IMG/VR virus record: IMGVR_UViG_3300032164_003159
Span: 1 to 61,265 of that record
Direction: 5' to 3' (one strand)
DNA length: 61,265 nt
Source: a virus
Lineage: Duplodnaviria > Caudoviricetes
Part shown: one piece after another, positions 27,566 through 38,867 of the stretch
How positions within the stretch are numbered: the first letter of the stretch is position 1
Layout of the letters: every line of letters begins with the position of its first letter
Notes under the pieces: generated by a model
What the model saw: the letters and a program-made list of their open reading frames with translations, nothing else
The model's database searches: none
What the model was told of the DNA's origin: nothing
Program-made: the position numbers and the translations under genes

Positions 27566-28231
27566 TTATGTTTTGTCGGCATCGGTCGGCTCCTTGATAG
27601 GTGTAGCAAGCGCCGGCACGAACTCAGCGTAACGCCCACCACCCATTGTAGCTAGCACTTTGGGATCAGTATGAACTGGGTTTCTAAAGCCCGGGGTCTT
27701 AGACCGCTCATTTAGTAGTTCGAGCACGCGCTCCTGTGTAATAGGAAGAAAATTAGTAACGTCCACGCCGACATTAAGAGAAATCCCAGAAAATATCCTA
27801 AGCTGGTGGATGTGCCCTGAGATTACAAAATCGAATCCGTCAACACTTATCTCGTTGGCTGAATCCTTAAACGGGTCATCAGAGCCCACCGGATAGATAG
27901 GCCTATGGTTCAACAAGCAGCGGTACGGACCGATGTTCGCTATCATCTGATTGCAGCAGAAGGGCATCCGCTTACGTGTGCGGCTGCTGTCGTGGTTGCC
28001 CGCAATAAGAATGATAGTACCCTGGAGATGCTTCAGGTATTGGTTCGGGTCATGGTTTCTTGTAAATGCGAAGTCTCCCATGTGTATAACAAGATCACTC
28101 TGCTTTACAACGGAATTCCAATTCTCAATTAAAGCCTTGTCCATTTCTTCTACTGTAGCAAAAGGGCGTTTGCAATATTCAATAATATTGACGTGCCCGA
28201 AATGGGAATCTGAAGTGTACCAGATAGTCAT
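27566..28231 (-). CDS. Calcineurin-like metallophosphoesterase
   Basis: TSDSHFGH, GDF, GNHD, GHIH, NVGVD. Confidence 0.88.
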   Translation of the reverse strand: MTIWYTSDSHFGHVNIIEYCKRPFATVEEMDKALIENWNSVVKQSDLVIHMGDFAFTRNHDPNQYLKHLQGTIILIAGNHDSSRTRKRMPFCCNQMIANIGPYRCLLNHRPIYPVGSDDPFKDSANEISVDGFDFVISGHIHQLRIFSGISLNVGVDVTNFLPITQERVLELLNERSKTPGFRNPVHTDPKVLATMGGGRYAEFVPALATPIKEPTDADKT

Positions 28232-28448
28232 TAACCTGTGTTACTCCCGATAGGTTCGATCATATGGATTCTCTGTATCACGCCGTATGTCTCGTTGATA
28301 CTGCTGCGCAACATTCCTGCAATCCTTGCACCAAGAAGACAATCCGTCAGCATGCGTGCGATCCCTATGATAATACTTCCGACCCTGCCAGTGTCCGCAC
28401 CTAGGACAGGTTTTAGTCGTTATAAGTCCGCCGTCGGAATTCACCATA

Positions 28449-28805
28449 TTACGTTCCTTCTTTGTTAGGCCCACTAGCCGACTCCTTTTCCACCGGGCAT
28501 GTCACCGGTTTTCCAGAATCATCCAGCTTAGAAAACAGAGAGATTTGATCATAGCGACAGAAGTAATAATATATGTGTCCTTCCAGACATGCCAACTTTA
28601 TAACTGCGCGGTCGAAAATCGTATTATCGTATGCCACTACATCCTTTCCAGAATAATTTGTGCAGGATTTCTCTGGTGGACATTTATTGTCGCAGGCAGT
28701 AAAAACATTACTAACGAGGATTGTTATAAGCGCTCCAATAATGCAAAACAACAAAAAGTTACGCGCTTCCCTGTCTGTACTAAACATGTGATTACTCCTT
28801 TTCAA
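28449..28805 (-). CDS. Membrane-anchored hypothetical protein
   Basis: N-terminal hydrophobic helix; overlaps the rmlD stop. Confidence 0.55.
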   Translation of the reverse strand: MKRSNHMFSTDREARNFLLFCIIGALITILVSNVFTACDNKCPPEKSCTNYSGKDVVAYDNTIFDRAVIKLACLEGHIYYYFCRYDQISLFSKLDDSGKPVTCPVEKESASGPNKEGT

Positions 28806-29694
28806 ACATGTCAGAGGAAATTACAGTAATGCCCTGAGGCGGTGTGACGTGTGCTGCTATCAATTTACCACAAAACATTGCTGCAAGCCGTGGGCGTTTA
28901 GCGAAACGACCTTTATTTGCTTCATCCATAGAAACGGCATTGATCTTGAAAGAATGTTCAGACCAATCGAAGCATGCAGCAACCCTATTAGCTAGAGCAT
29001 AGGGGCTGCACGATTCTCCACACGCATGATAAATTCCAAATGGTACCGGCTTCTCTACACAATCAAAAATCACACGCGCCAACTCTGGAGCCCACGTAGG
29101 ACAAAACACAGAGTCACATGAAAAGTTCAGATCTCTATTCTTTTTCATTTCCCTAAAAATAGTTAATGGTAATCCTTCTCCATTAATCCCAAATAGCCCA
29201 CTCGTTCTAAAGACCCAGGACTCCGGCTGGATCGTGCCAACATTTATTTCCCCGAGAAATTTACTTATTCCATACTGTGAAAGTGGGTTTGGGTATGTAA
29301 TTTCTTTGTACGCAATTAGTTCTGCTGCACCCCTACCACGGTCAAAGCCATCAAATACATAATCTGTACTCACGTGCACTAGGGGAATCTTAGCAAGCGC
29401 GCAAGCAGATGCCAAGTTCGCAGGCCCGATAGAATTGGTAGCGTACGCCTCGGAACGTCCGGGGCCAGTCTCAGCCCCATCTACATTGTTATATGCGGAG
29501 CAGTTTATCACTAGTCTCGGTTGCCAATCATTCTCTACAATCTGCTGAATACATTCAGCATGGTTAGTGATGTCTAAACTAAATCGGATGGTGCGATTAT
29601 GGTACGGAGCCATCAACACATGCTTACGCAATGCGCCCTCGTGCATTACGGCCTTCCCCAGCTTTCCTGCACCACCAATCACTAAGATGTTCAT
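28792..29694 (-). CDS. rmlD: dTDP-4-dehydrorhamnose reductase
   Basis: GGAGKLG, NCSAYNNVDGAE, STDYVFDG, YGISK, KRP. Confidence 0.88.
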   Translation of the reverse strand: MNILVIGGAGKLGKAVMHEGALRKHVLMAPYHNRTIRFSLDITNHAECIQQIVENDWQPRLVINCSAYNNVDGAETGPGRSEAYATNSIGPANLASACALAKIPLVHVSTDYVFDGFDRGRGAAELIAYKEITYPNPLSQYGISKFLGEINVGTIQPESWVFRTSGLFGINGEGLPLTIFREMKKNRDLNFSCDSVFCPTWAPELARVIFDCVEKPVPFGIYHACGESCSPYALANRVAACFDWSEHSFKINAVSMDEANKGRFAKRPRLAAMFCGKLIAAHVTPPQGITVISSDMFEKE

Positions 29695-29867
29695 TTACAC
29701 TGGCCCCCAAATGGAATACTGATCGTATCCAAGTTCTCTGTTGTAAGCCGCCACGACAGGCGCTTGTTTTCTACCTTATGCACACGCTCGCATCGCGCTG
29801 CGCCTTCTTCCAGTTCGTAATGTTTATGACAAATGTCGCACTCATACTTTATTACTTTGGTCGGCAT
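29691..29867 (-). CDS. 58-aa C2H2-like zinc-finger protein (not in ORF track)
   Basis: MPTKVIKYECDICHKHY...CERVH; GGGAGG RBS; ATGA overlap with rmlD. Confidence 0.55.
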   Translation of the reverse strand: MPTKVIKYECDICHKHYELEEGAARCERVHKVENKRLSWRLTTENLDTISIPFGGQCK

Positions 29868-29868
29868 A

Positions 29869-30077
29869 CTACCTCCCGTGTCGCAGTTCCTTGAGGAATG
29901 CTACAAGCGCCCAAATGCCGAAGAACAATAGGGCGACGGCGACGACAAATGCGATCCCTCCCCAGAACGGACAGGTCACCCACCACCAGGACCAATCGAT
30001 TACCCCACACAGCTTGAGCGCCACGAACAGTACGCCCAGTGCGCGCTAGGGCATCCCGTGCAGTTCCGTGATAGCAT
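29869..30077 (-). pseudogene. Doubly frameshifted small membrane protein gene
   Basis: Three frames splice to MLSRNCTGCPS/ALGVLFVALKLCGVIDWSWWWVTCPFW/GGIAFVVAVALLFFGIWALV..., a common phage small membrane protein pattern. Confidence 0.55.
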
Positions 30078-30390
30078 TCCCTTACATTACCTAGGCGATC
30101 CCATTGTTTCGGCACATAGGGATATTTCCTGTTTTTCCAGGAACGCACATTGACAAAACCCTCTATCTTGGGGCCAGCCCGCGATGAGGATTCGAACCGC
30201 TTAGAATTTCCAAATAGTTCGATCACGGAGGATATGTGCCTCTCTGGTATTCTCTGCCACCATCCCGGCTGCACGCTTCCCCATCAATAGCCTTACATTT
30301 TCTCATGCGCCGGGCTTTCCCTCTATTGCGCTCTTCGCGTTTGCTATACTTTCTGCAGCGTTTTGGCCTGGAATCCATTAAACCTACTTT

Positions 30391-33245
30391 CTACCTGTCT
30401 GGATTATAGTAATGCTTGGGAATGTCCTTTTCATCCATCTTTGGATCGCCCTCCACACGAACATAGTTTAGAAAGCGTTCCGCATCGGTAATATCACGTG
30501 GGAGCCAAAGAAATTCCCTGAGCAGATCGATTGCTTGATCAATGTTGCCATCATCCAAGCACACTGGATAACTGATACTGAAGATTACCCGTCCGTATCG
30601 TTTTTTGCTCATGTTATGCTCCTCTGTTTTTCCAATTTATCTACCAACTCATTCGCTTCCTGGAATCCATACTTGTATGTCTCCTACCGTTGGGATGCCG
30701 CGCCTATAGAATAGAACAACCAGCAGAGCACGGCCGCTAATATGACAACTGTAGCCAGCATCCACCTAACAGCTTTCCTACTGATCCCACGTGGCATTTT
30801 CCTAAGGCAATCTTCGCAAAGTTCTGGACTTTCTGGCATTCGTTCTATGAATGCGAGTACAGCAACACGTTCCATTGCATGTATTAGTGAACTATCATCT
30901 TTAACGTAATCCAGACCAAACTTATTTCTAACAATGTTCAGCAATCGTTTTCTTAAGGTAACTTGCATCCTATCCTCCGATGCTTGGTAATACGGATTGC
31001 CAAGCGTTACTTGATGTAATAGATATAATCCTTATCTTCACCAATAAATCCATCGTTGAGTTTTCTTACTATTTCATCTGCAAGCTCAAACGATGTCGAT
31101 GTAAGGATCGTCCATCCTCTCATAACTGCTGAAGTTACAAGAAGCTGAAATCTACCAGATTTCCTTGACTTGCGGTAAAGACGTGTATCTTTGTTCATGG
31201 CATCCTCCTTGACAGCTTACACTGATCATTATACCCACTGATCGTATTTTGTCAAGTAATTATCTTTAGGTGGAACTTAAATCAATAAGGTCGTACTGTA
31301 CCATAATGGAATACGCTTGATTAAGCTCAGTCATTACCCGCCCAAGGCACTCATCTATCAGCAATACACGGTTTTCGCTGGCGTGCGGATTATCCATTAC
31401 GTGCCTTTGCAGAGACACCAATTCCTTATTAAGCAAGTCCAAATGCTTAAGAAGGTTCTGAATCTTAGTATTTACTTCTGCAGTGTTCATTAGCAACTCC
31501 GCAGAGTATTATCCGATATATTATACCAGCATGTCAAGTTCTGAAGATTATTTTGTTGTGTACACGTAAGTTACATCGATACAGCGACTTGGCGTTCCTG
31601 GAGTCTGATCTTCTTTTGATCCTGGTATGATAGGCGGCAGCGTAGAATTGCCGGAATTGAAACGCTGCACTAGCTTATCCAGTTCTTCATCCGACAAATT
31701 GTACACAATGAACTCTATAAGGTCCGCCTGGGATGTAAATTCATGTTTCAGGCAGTACGCCAGGTAGTTCTCTTTAGCGCCGCGTTTGCGCTCGCCTGCC
31801 GTCATGGTCGCCTCCACCTACATTATACGGCTCGGCCAGACTTTGTAAAGCTTAAACGTGTCCCCGTTCTCTCTGCGTCGGTTCCGAATCGCCAGCAGGG
31901 TGGACCTGTCCAGGTGACGTTGCCAAGTCCTCCAGAGCCTCACTCAAGTCTTTAGCGCGCTTGGACTTAGGGACCAGCGCTATCTTCTCTCTGTGTTTAA
32001 GTATCCATTTCATTAACTCGGGAACAGGAAGATACTTTTCATTGAATTGGCATATCTTGTCCTCTAGCAAAATGAACTTTTTAGCAAGCTCTCGCAATAT
32101 ATAGCGCATGATGCTATTCTTCTCTGCTGGATCATTAACCTCTACAAAGCGGGCATCAGTCAACTCATTATGAATCAATGTCTTTACCTCAGTTACCCGG
32201 GAATGCATATCGACAAATTTCTCCTGCAGATCCAAATAGGATGATTTCCACATATCCGCCGCTTTTTTCGCGTCGTCGCATTTTGACTGCGCTTCTTTGC
32301 TCTCATCGACCGACCGTGCCAAGCGATCTTCGAAATCTCTGCGATTTTGCGCCAGGGCATTCTTATGAGCATTGAGAGACGCCTGGGTAGCGTGTAACTC
32401 GTCAATTAATTGGTTCTTGGTTTGCTTTTTGGACATGACCAACTCCTTTTCGTTTGCGCTGCGTTTACGTTACATTTCGTTTCGTACAACTACTACTATA
32501 ATAATGATAACCAAGAACTAATTAGTTGTTAAAGTACTGTTTTATGTATAGCTGCGTCAGTGTCAAATGTGCTCTCTATATTGGCAACCGCATTAGATAT
32601 TCTGATGCGCTCATTATCAGAATAATGAAACCAATGTGGGCAAGTACTGCACGGTTCTGATATCTGTACTATCGGCCAGGACTTGAATTCAGCAGTAATA
32701 GCATCGTGGTACGACTGCATTCTTGTATATGTCTCCACACTTTCCATCCGTACGGCTCTTGACAAGTCATACAATATAATTATCTTGAGAACATTAGGCC
32801 CCCACATCTTTGTAACCTTATCTGAAACCTTTTGAAGCTTATCTGTAAATTCGATTGGGGTAAATCGTGGAACTTCTTTACCATACTTCTTTAGCGCGAG
32901 CAAATCAATATCTGGGCCGAGTGCATAGCGTGTTCCATCTTCTAATATGTAACCCCTAAAACAACCCTCATTGAACGGAGAGAACAGGAATGTGTGAATT
33001 GCGGTTGGAATCTTAAATACCCGAACATAGCCCTCTCCCCAAAGGTCTTGGTGGGGAACAGGGACACGAATACCAGGCTCAGCCTTTTCCAAAAAGAAAT
33101 CCATAGTCATAGCATGTGCATTGTAGGTATCGGACCATGGAATCGTAGCACAATTACACATGCTAAATCTACGAATGTAGTCTATTCCACCAGCTACGGC
33201 CATGGTACTTACTCCTATTGGAAAAAAGAAAAATGAAACGGGCAT
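30391..33245 (-). other. Run of small hypothetical genes (30391-30612, 30684-30968, 31007-31198, 31266-31496, 31548-31805, 31852-32436, 32529-33245), several with their own TTGACA/TATAAT promoters
   Basis: RBSs, and promoter boxes near 31230-31255, 31520-31537 and 31822-31850. Confidence 0.65.
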
Positions 33246-33516
33246 GCGGAGGAGCCCTAGCCTGTTTCACGATTAACCTGTTGGATATGTGCGGCTTTGT
33301 TAGGATGATCTCAACTGGTTCTATCGGATCTTCTGGGCGGGGAAGCGGCCCGCGTGGTGGCCCCAACTCTAAATCTTCTTCCTCGCCGCTCGCTGTAGGT
33401 TTTGCATTAGAAAAATACACCCTGCGTATAACTTGTATTGTATAGTCTGGGTCGTTTGTAGTTGAAGTACGATCCGGAACAAGCCGTGTAACGTATGCGC
33501 CATGCACACTTTCTAC

Positions 33517-33611
33517 AGTTGTACCAGTGTCTGCACGCACATTTGTGTATGTACAAGTTGTACCAGTGTCTGCACGCACATTTGTGTATGTACAAGTTGT
33601 ACCAGTGTCTG
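33517..33611. repeat. 39-bp tandem repeat (2.4 copies) inside ORF 33169-33639
   Basis: agttgtaccagtgtctgcacgcacatttgtgtatgtaca repeated; DTGTTCTYTNVRA in the protein. Confidence 0.9.
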
Positions 33612-33646
33612 AATAGGTATTTGCGTAGAATGCGGCCACAATCGTA

Positions 33647-34606
33647 TTATACTACGGTGGGTGACTTACCTATCGTCTCTTTTAGTTCCTGCGTCCAATT
33701 ACTTATTTCCTGTAGGCTGTTGCTTAACACTTCCTGGAACATTAACCTAGCTGCAGGTTCATCCTTAGCCTCACAAAGCAGCTGGTAACGCTCTTCATCC
33801 TCTATAATCGAATCTCCTATCCCGTGCCGTAGTTCATCTGGCGTATAACCCCAGCGTTTCACCACAGCCACAGCCTTGTCGTAGTCTATGACTACCGCTG
33901 GGACGGTATCCAGTCCAATCTGTTTGGCGGCGGCTAGGCGGTGGCTCCCTGTCCAAGCCTGGTATCCATCCTCGAAGGGCTCCACAAGCAAAGGGCGGCC
34001 TTCCCAGCCATGTTCCTGCATCTTCTGGGTGAGAGATGCTAGCTTCTCTTCATCCCTAACCTCGTGCAGCGGGTTCACGCGCTCTATCGGAAGCTCCACA
34101 ACAGCCTGGGTTGCCCGTCTGGCCGGTCCGAGCTTCTGTCGGAACTCTTCCCAACACTCTGGGGCCTTAAACGTCTCTCCATAGGTCTTGAACATGTCCA
34201 GGTTTTTATCTTCATCATCGACAAAAACCATTTCCGCATCACCGTATATCGGGAGAACTTGGTTCTTTAGTATACTTCTCTTCAGTGTGCGACTGTGCAT
34301 ATTGCTATCATTCGGGCGCATAAATAACTCATCTTCAGACGGCCGTATGCCATAATGTTCTTGAAGCCAGGCCGCAGTCGTTTCCCTGAGATGCTGTGGT
34401 CGCCCCGTTAGAAAGATTACTTTATCAAATTGTTCTACAAGACGAGGAAGCACATCTTGAGTTAATGGCAGCGGGGGATCTTGCGTAACGAGATCGTGAT
34501 CGAAGAACTTGTCCCATTCCGTTAGTGTCATCCTCCAATTACCGACGGCTGGTGCACGATGGGATGCATCAGCTAGCGTCCCATCGATATCAAGAACCAA
34601 GATCAT
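33647..34606 (-). CDS. HAD phosphatase (PNKP-like) fused to a ParB/Srx-like domain
   Basis: DIDGT, LTGR, MRP, VDD; C-terminal half PLLV...TGSHRLAAAKQIGLDTVPAVV. Confidence 0.8.
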   Translation of the reverse strand: MILVLDIDGTLADASHRAPAVGNWRMTLTEWDKFFDHDLVTQDPPLPLTQDVLPRLVEQFDKVIFLTGRPQHLRETTAAWLQEHYGIRPSEDELFMRPNDSNMHSRTLKRSILKNQVLPIYGDAEMVFVDDEDKNLDMFKTYGETFKAPECWEEFRQKLGPARRATQAVVELPIERVNPLHEVRDEEKLASLTQKMQEHGWEGRPLLVEPFEDGYQAWTGSHRLAAAKQIGLDTVPAVVIDYDKAVAVVKRWGYTPDELRHGIGDSIIEDEERYQLLCEAKDEPAARLMFQEVLSNSLQEISNWTQELKETIGKSPTVV

Positions 34607-34915
34607 TGCTTATCTTTCAAAGCCCTACGTGCTCAGAGATCGTCATTAGTAGATCCATAAACTTCTCGTCGATCTCTTCTAGAAAGTGCAGCGCCTGTTG
34701 TTCCTGTGCTGTAAGTAGCGGCTCCCGCGCAATCTCTTCCTGAAGAGTAGCCATTACACCGCCCGCCTGCTCAGCAACCGTCGAAAGCTCTGTTAGAAAA
34801 GAGATGGCAAAATCGTCTGTTTTTTGTAGGATCTGTTGGCTCTGCTGTGCTGTTCTTTTCCTCATGGCACGCTCCTTATACGAGGATAAGAATAACGCAA
34901 AACCACGGCAAAAAA

Positions 34916-35353
34916 TCAAGTTCTGTCGGTTAACTCTTTCAGAGCGTTGCCTAGGAAATCAAGCAAGACTTCAAGGCCAGGATGCTTTGGATCCAACGCC
35001 ATAAGTTCATCGTATGTGCACCATTGAAGTTTATCATTCTCTGAATTCTTTTCGAACTCGGCTACTTCGGCAGGCATCAGCCCAATATAGTTTCGATATT
35101 GGAATAGCCCAGGATCGTCGTAATCCAGCGCCGGGATCAAATCGATTGGACCCTGATAGCCAGTCTCTTCTATAAACTCGCGCAGTGCAGTTTCTCGTAG
35201 GGACTTGTCCTGCGGATCGCGCCTTCCACCAATAGTTCCCCAGGTACCCGGCTCGCGTACCTTTTCTCCGCGCAACGCCACCAGTATCCTGCCGGTATCT
35301 TCGGCAACTGCCAGAACTCCAGCACCCGATGTTCCCCAATAAGCTCGTTTCAT
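34916..35353 (-). CDS. NUDIX hydrolase
   Basis: GG.......LRETALREFIEETG Nudix box; HPG. Confidence 0.88.
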   Translation of the reverse strand: MKRAYWGTSGAGVLAVAEDTGRILVALRGEKVREPGTWGTIGGRRDPQDKSLRETALREFIEETGYQGPIDLIPALDYDDPGLFQYRNYIGLMPAEVAEFEKNSENDKLQWCTYDELMALDPKHPGLEVLLDFLGNALKELTDRT

Positions 35354-37766
35354 TATTCCTCTTGCAGTTCAATTTCCCAATGTTCTCGCTCCAGGTCATC
35401 CTGTACAATCCTATCTGGAAGAATGCTAAGCAACGCGCTCTTTACTTTAGGACCATCAGGCGTGCCGATAATATAAGCGAGATCACTACAGTCTGTAAGC
35501 TGGACACTGGAAAATTCGTTTAGCTTTGCTAAGTCATCATCGGTAATCAAATCCTTATCGTATAGTTCCTGTATGTATTCTCCTAGCAAGTCTTCCGGTA
35601 GGCTACGCAACCTATCATAAATGTCTTCTGAGAGTTGTTCACACTTAGTCATGGCTTGTCCTCTGGTTTGCAGTTAGGGCAATATGGTGCTTTTCCACCG
35701 GCAGGCCCGTAAGGCAAATACCGCCAGCCTTTGGGAAAAACCGGATCGTCTATGTCTACAAGTTTGTTATCTCTGTAATGGCGATGGATCTTTATGCGTG
35801 TCAGTACATTACAACGCACACAGTTGGCTTCACCGACACCAATATACTCTCCAACATCAACGTCTTTCTCGATGGCGAGCCGGGGCATGGATTCTCCTAA
35901 AATAATGATCTACATTCATTATACCAAGGAGCTAACATTAGTCGTCCAATTCTCCGGGATCTACTTCGCCGGGCGCATCCGCAAACATCATTTGTTCCTT
36001 AACTCCGTCGATTACCATTTGCAAATTCTTGGCGGCATCATTGATTTCAACCTGTACACTGGTATCGACTGCAGAAACAACCGTGCTGATCGTACTTTGT
36101 ACGCGGGACAGGAGTACCAAGATATCTTCAAAAAAGCGCTTCGTCTCATAGCCACCATCGCGCGGGAGCTTATGTCTGTTGTCTCTTAGATATTCTTGAT
36201 ACTTAGGGTTCAATAAAAGATCTACCGGATCTTGGCGCTTGGGCCTTGGTTTCCGTTGTGGGATGGCCGGAGGCAACGGCTTTTGTTCTTCCTTGAGTAC
36301 GTCTTCAATGTCCTCCGAAAGCTCTTCCTCTTCCATTTCCTGTTCCCAATCTCCCATACCCTTTAGCGCTGCCTCAAGCCGTTTTAGCAATTCCATAAGT
36401 ACTCCTTAAAGTAAAATGCACCGTATGTTCTACGGTGCACAGTATCACAACAATACCTGAAAAATTCAACTGTTGTCCACTACATTACCTACTAAGCTTA
36501 GTAGCCCATGTATAAATGCACTAAATAATGTTTTAACACTTTCCTCATTTATACATTCGAACATGCGTAATGAACAAGCACAATCCCAACGATCCGTATC
36601 ATCTAATATCGACGCGAATTGTTTTCGTTGAGAAGGCATCTGCACTCCCCGGTCTATACGCGTTGTACACTACACAGGGCCGATACCAGCCGTCTCCAGT
36701 TGCGCGGTTCCGCACCTTTAGATTGCGGAATGCTGTTTCGACGCTCGGTTCCAAACCCAAACATACTAGAGCGTTAGCTAGTCCCCGTGCCGCGCATAAT
36801 TGCTTTTCTGTCGGATCGTTCTCTACAGCGTACTCCTCCGCATGAACATCCAGACACGCTCTGGGCATTTCATGTGCTAGGCATTCATGCAGGAAAAGTG
36901 GCCACCCTGTATACCCCTGCGCCAGCTGTTCTTTAAGCCGGTTGGACCCGTGAAGTTTAGCCCACTGCGCAATTTCCTTTGCCTTTTTTTGGATTCTTTC
37001 TCTGTCACCGGAAGTTAGGTGTTCCATGGAACTACCTTTCTGGAAGCCGTGGCCTCCAATTAAGCGGACAACTTATGTCCGCTGTGTTGTGTGCCTTAGC
37101 ACACATAAGCATTATACTCACGAAACGTTAATCGTCAATGATCTTTTTTCTCCGCCTACCACGACCCCACCGAAGCTTGGTATCTTCAAAGAGCCCGTAC
37201 AGTTTCTTAGCAGATTTCATATCCTTGGGAGTTATGTACTCCGAAAGACTTGCCTTCACGTTTATCTTTCTACGGATTCTGGTTATTACTTCTACCCCAC
37301 AACCGAAGCGCTCAACCAGCTGGGTGTTTGTCAGTGATGGATCCTTCTGTAGTGCTTCCACAATTCTCTTTCCCAGTGCTTCCTTCTGTGCTAGGTGATA
37401 GCCCATCGACGTCTCCGGTTAGTTGAGTAACATTACCAAGAATCCTTATGCGATGGGAAAGCGCCGTGTCACCCTGTTGCCGCATAAATTTATAAAGTTT
37501 GGATCTCCCTTGCTCGAACGTCTCTTTACTGAATACAAGGCCTTCCGGATCTTCATGTGAATCCCATATAGAGAACTCCAGTACATTATTTTCAGCGTCT
37601 ACTGTCATGGCCAATGCATAACCCAATGGATGGAGCACCATTCTGTTTATTTCGAAGAGCAGCCCCGTATCGATAAGAAAATTCCCCGGACGTGGAACCA
37701 CCTTTTTCTTGGAGTTAACCAAATCTACCCCGTTACACGGCACACCCATCTTTTCCATTGCTTCTC

Positions 37767-38123
37767 CTATGCGTCACGTAATTCGATTGTGTTCCAACAC
37801 CATGGAGCGCGGGTAGCAGTTGGCAGTATACAGCATATAGCGTTAGCCCCAGAGGCATTAAGTGAATGCACTATAATGTTTCCAGGCATTCTTTCCGGGT
37901 GTTCCTTCAACCATAATGCCACGCCATAACCGGTGTCCTCGCCGGATGGAACGTACTGCTGGCCACCAAGATCGTGATCAAGGAATAAGTAATCCCACGC
38001 CTTGGTCTTAAGTAGCTCTATCGCCTCGGGAACTGTTTCTACAACAACCGTGTTTGTCCCGGCCAGTCGGAACAAAAACGCACGCTGCCGCATCCTGTCA
38101 TCTTCTAATATAAGGATGTTCAT
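37767..38123 (-). CDS. Receiver-like domain (cyclic-phosphate processing type)
   Basis: ILILEDD, LFLDHDLG, TGYGVA.W, IVHSLN..GA. Confidence 0.7.
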   Translation of the reverse strand: MNILILEDDRMRQRAFLFRLAGTNTVVVETVPEAIELLKTKAWDYLFLDHDLGGQQYVPSGEDTGYGVALWLKEHPERMPGNIIVHSLNASGANAICCILPTATRAPWCWNTIELRDA

Positions 38124-38867
38124 GTACTTAATATAAGCAGCTTCACCGTTTTGTCAAGTTGCCCAATTTAGTCAAGGTTACTGTTGCGGGAGAAGTTCAA
38201 AGCGGCAATTTTCGCTAACAGCGTAGCATGTGCTAACTTCGAATGAGCGCACATCGACATCATTGTTGGTCAGCCGCACATAGATATCTATTCCCTGCGG
38301 CGCGAATCCCTTAGTAACAAACTGTGGGATAGCATCTGTTCCACGGTTTGCTGGAAAGATAAAATCAGGGTAGCTCATTTCCGCAACTGTTCTGTCACCG
38401 CCCGGGTACGTATGGGTTTCAGCTGGTTCGCCGTCATGCAAAACTTCAACTTTATATGCCGTGGCTATAACTGGTCGAACAGTTATAGACAAATTAGTGA
38501 ACGGCTGATTAGACCGAACAACCGGAAATGATTTGATACTATCAGGTGCACCGGACGCCCCTAAGACAATTATTCCACTCTGCTGTACAAACGTTATTGG
38601 ATACATCATGATCTCCTTTTCCGTTACTGTCTATTATACAATTTTCCTGTAGTTTTTGAACTCTTCATGCAATTTTCCGTATCTGCACGTTTCCCAAGAG
38701 AAACCAGCTTTCTTTAACCCACAACTAAACCTATCTACATCACAATACTCTGAACTCATTATATTGTTGCAATCTTCAATAATAGAATTTCCCGTTTCAT
38801 CATTCCCGAAAAAGCAGGGGCGCTCGAATGTATGCTTAGGGCTTCCCATACCTAATCCTTACGCTCA

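Noticed and set aside
30170-30275. GGTTCGAATCC T-loop-like sequence
   Set aside because: The T-stem pairs poorly and I could not build a cloverleaf.
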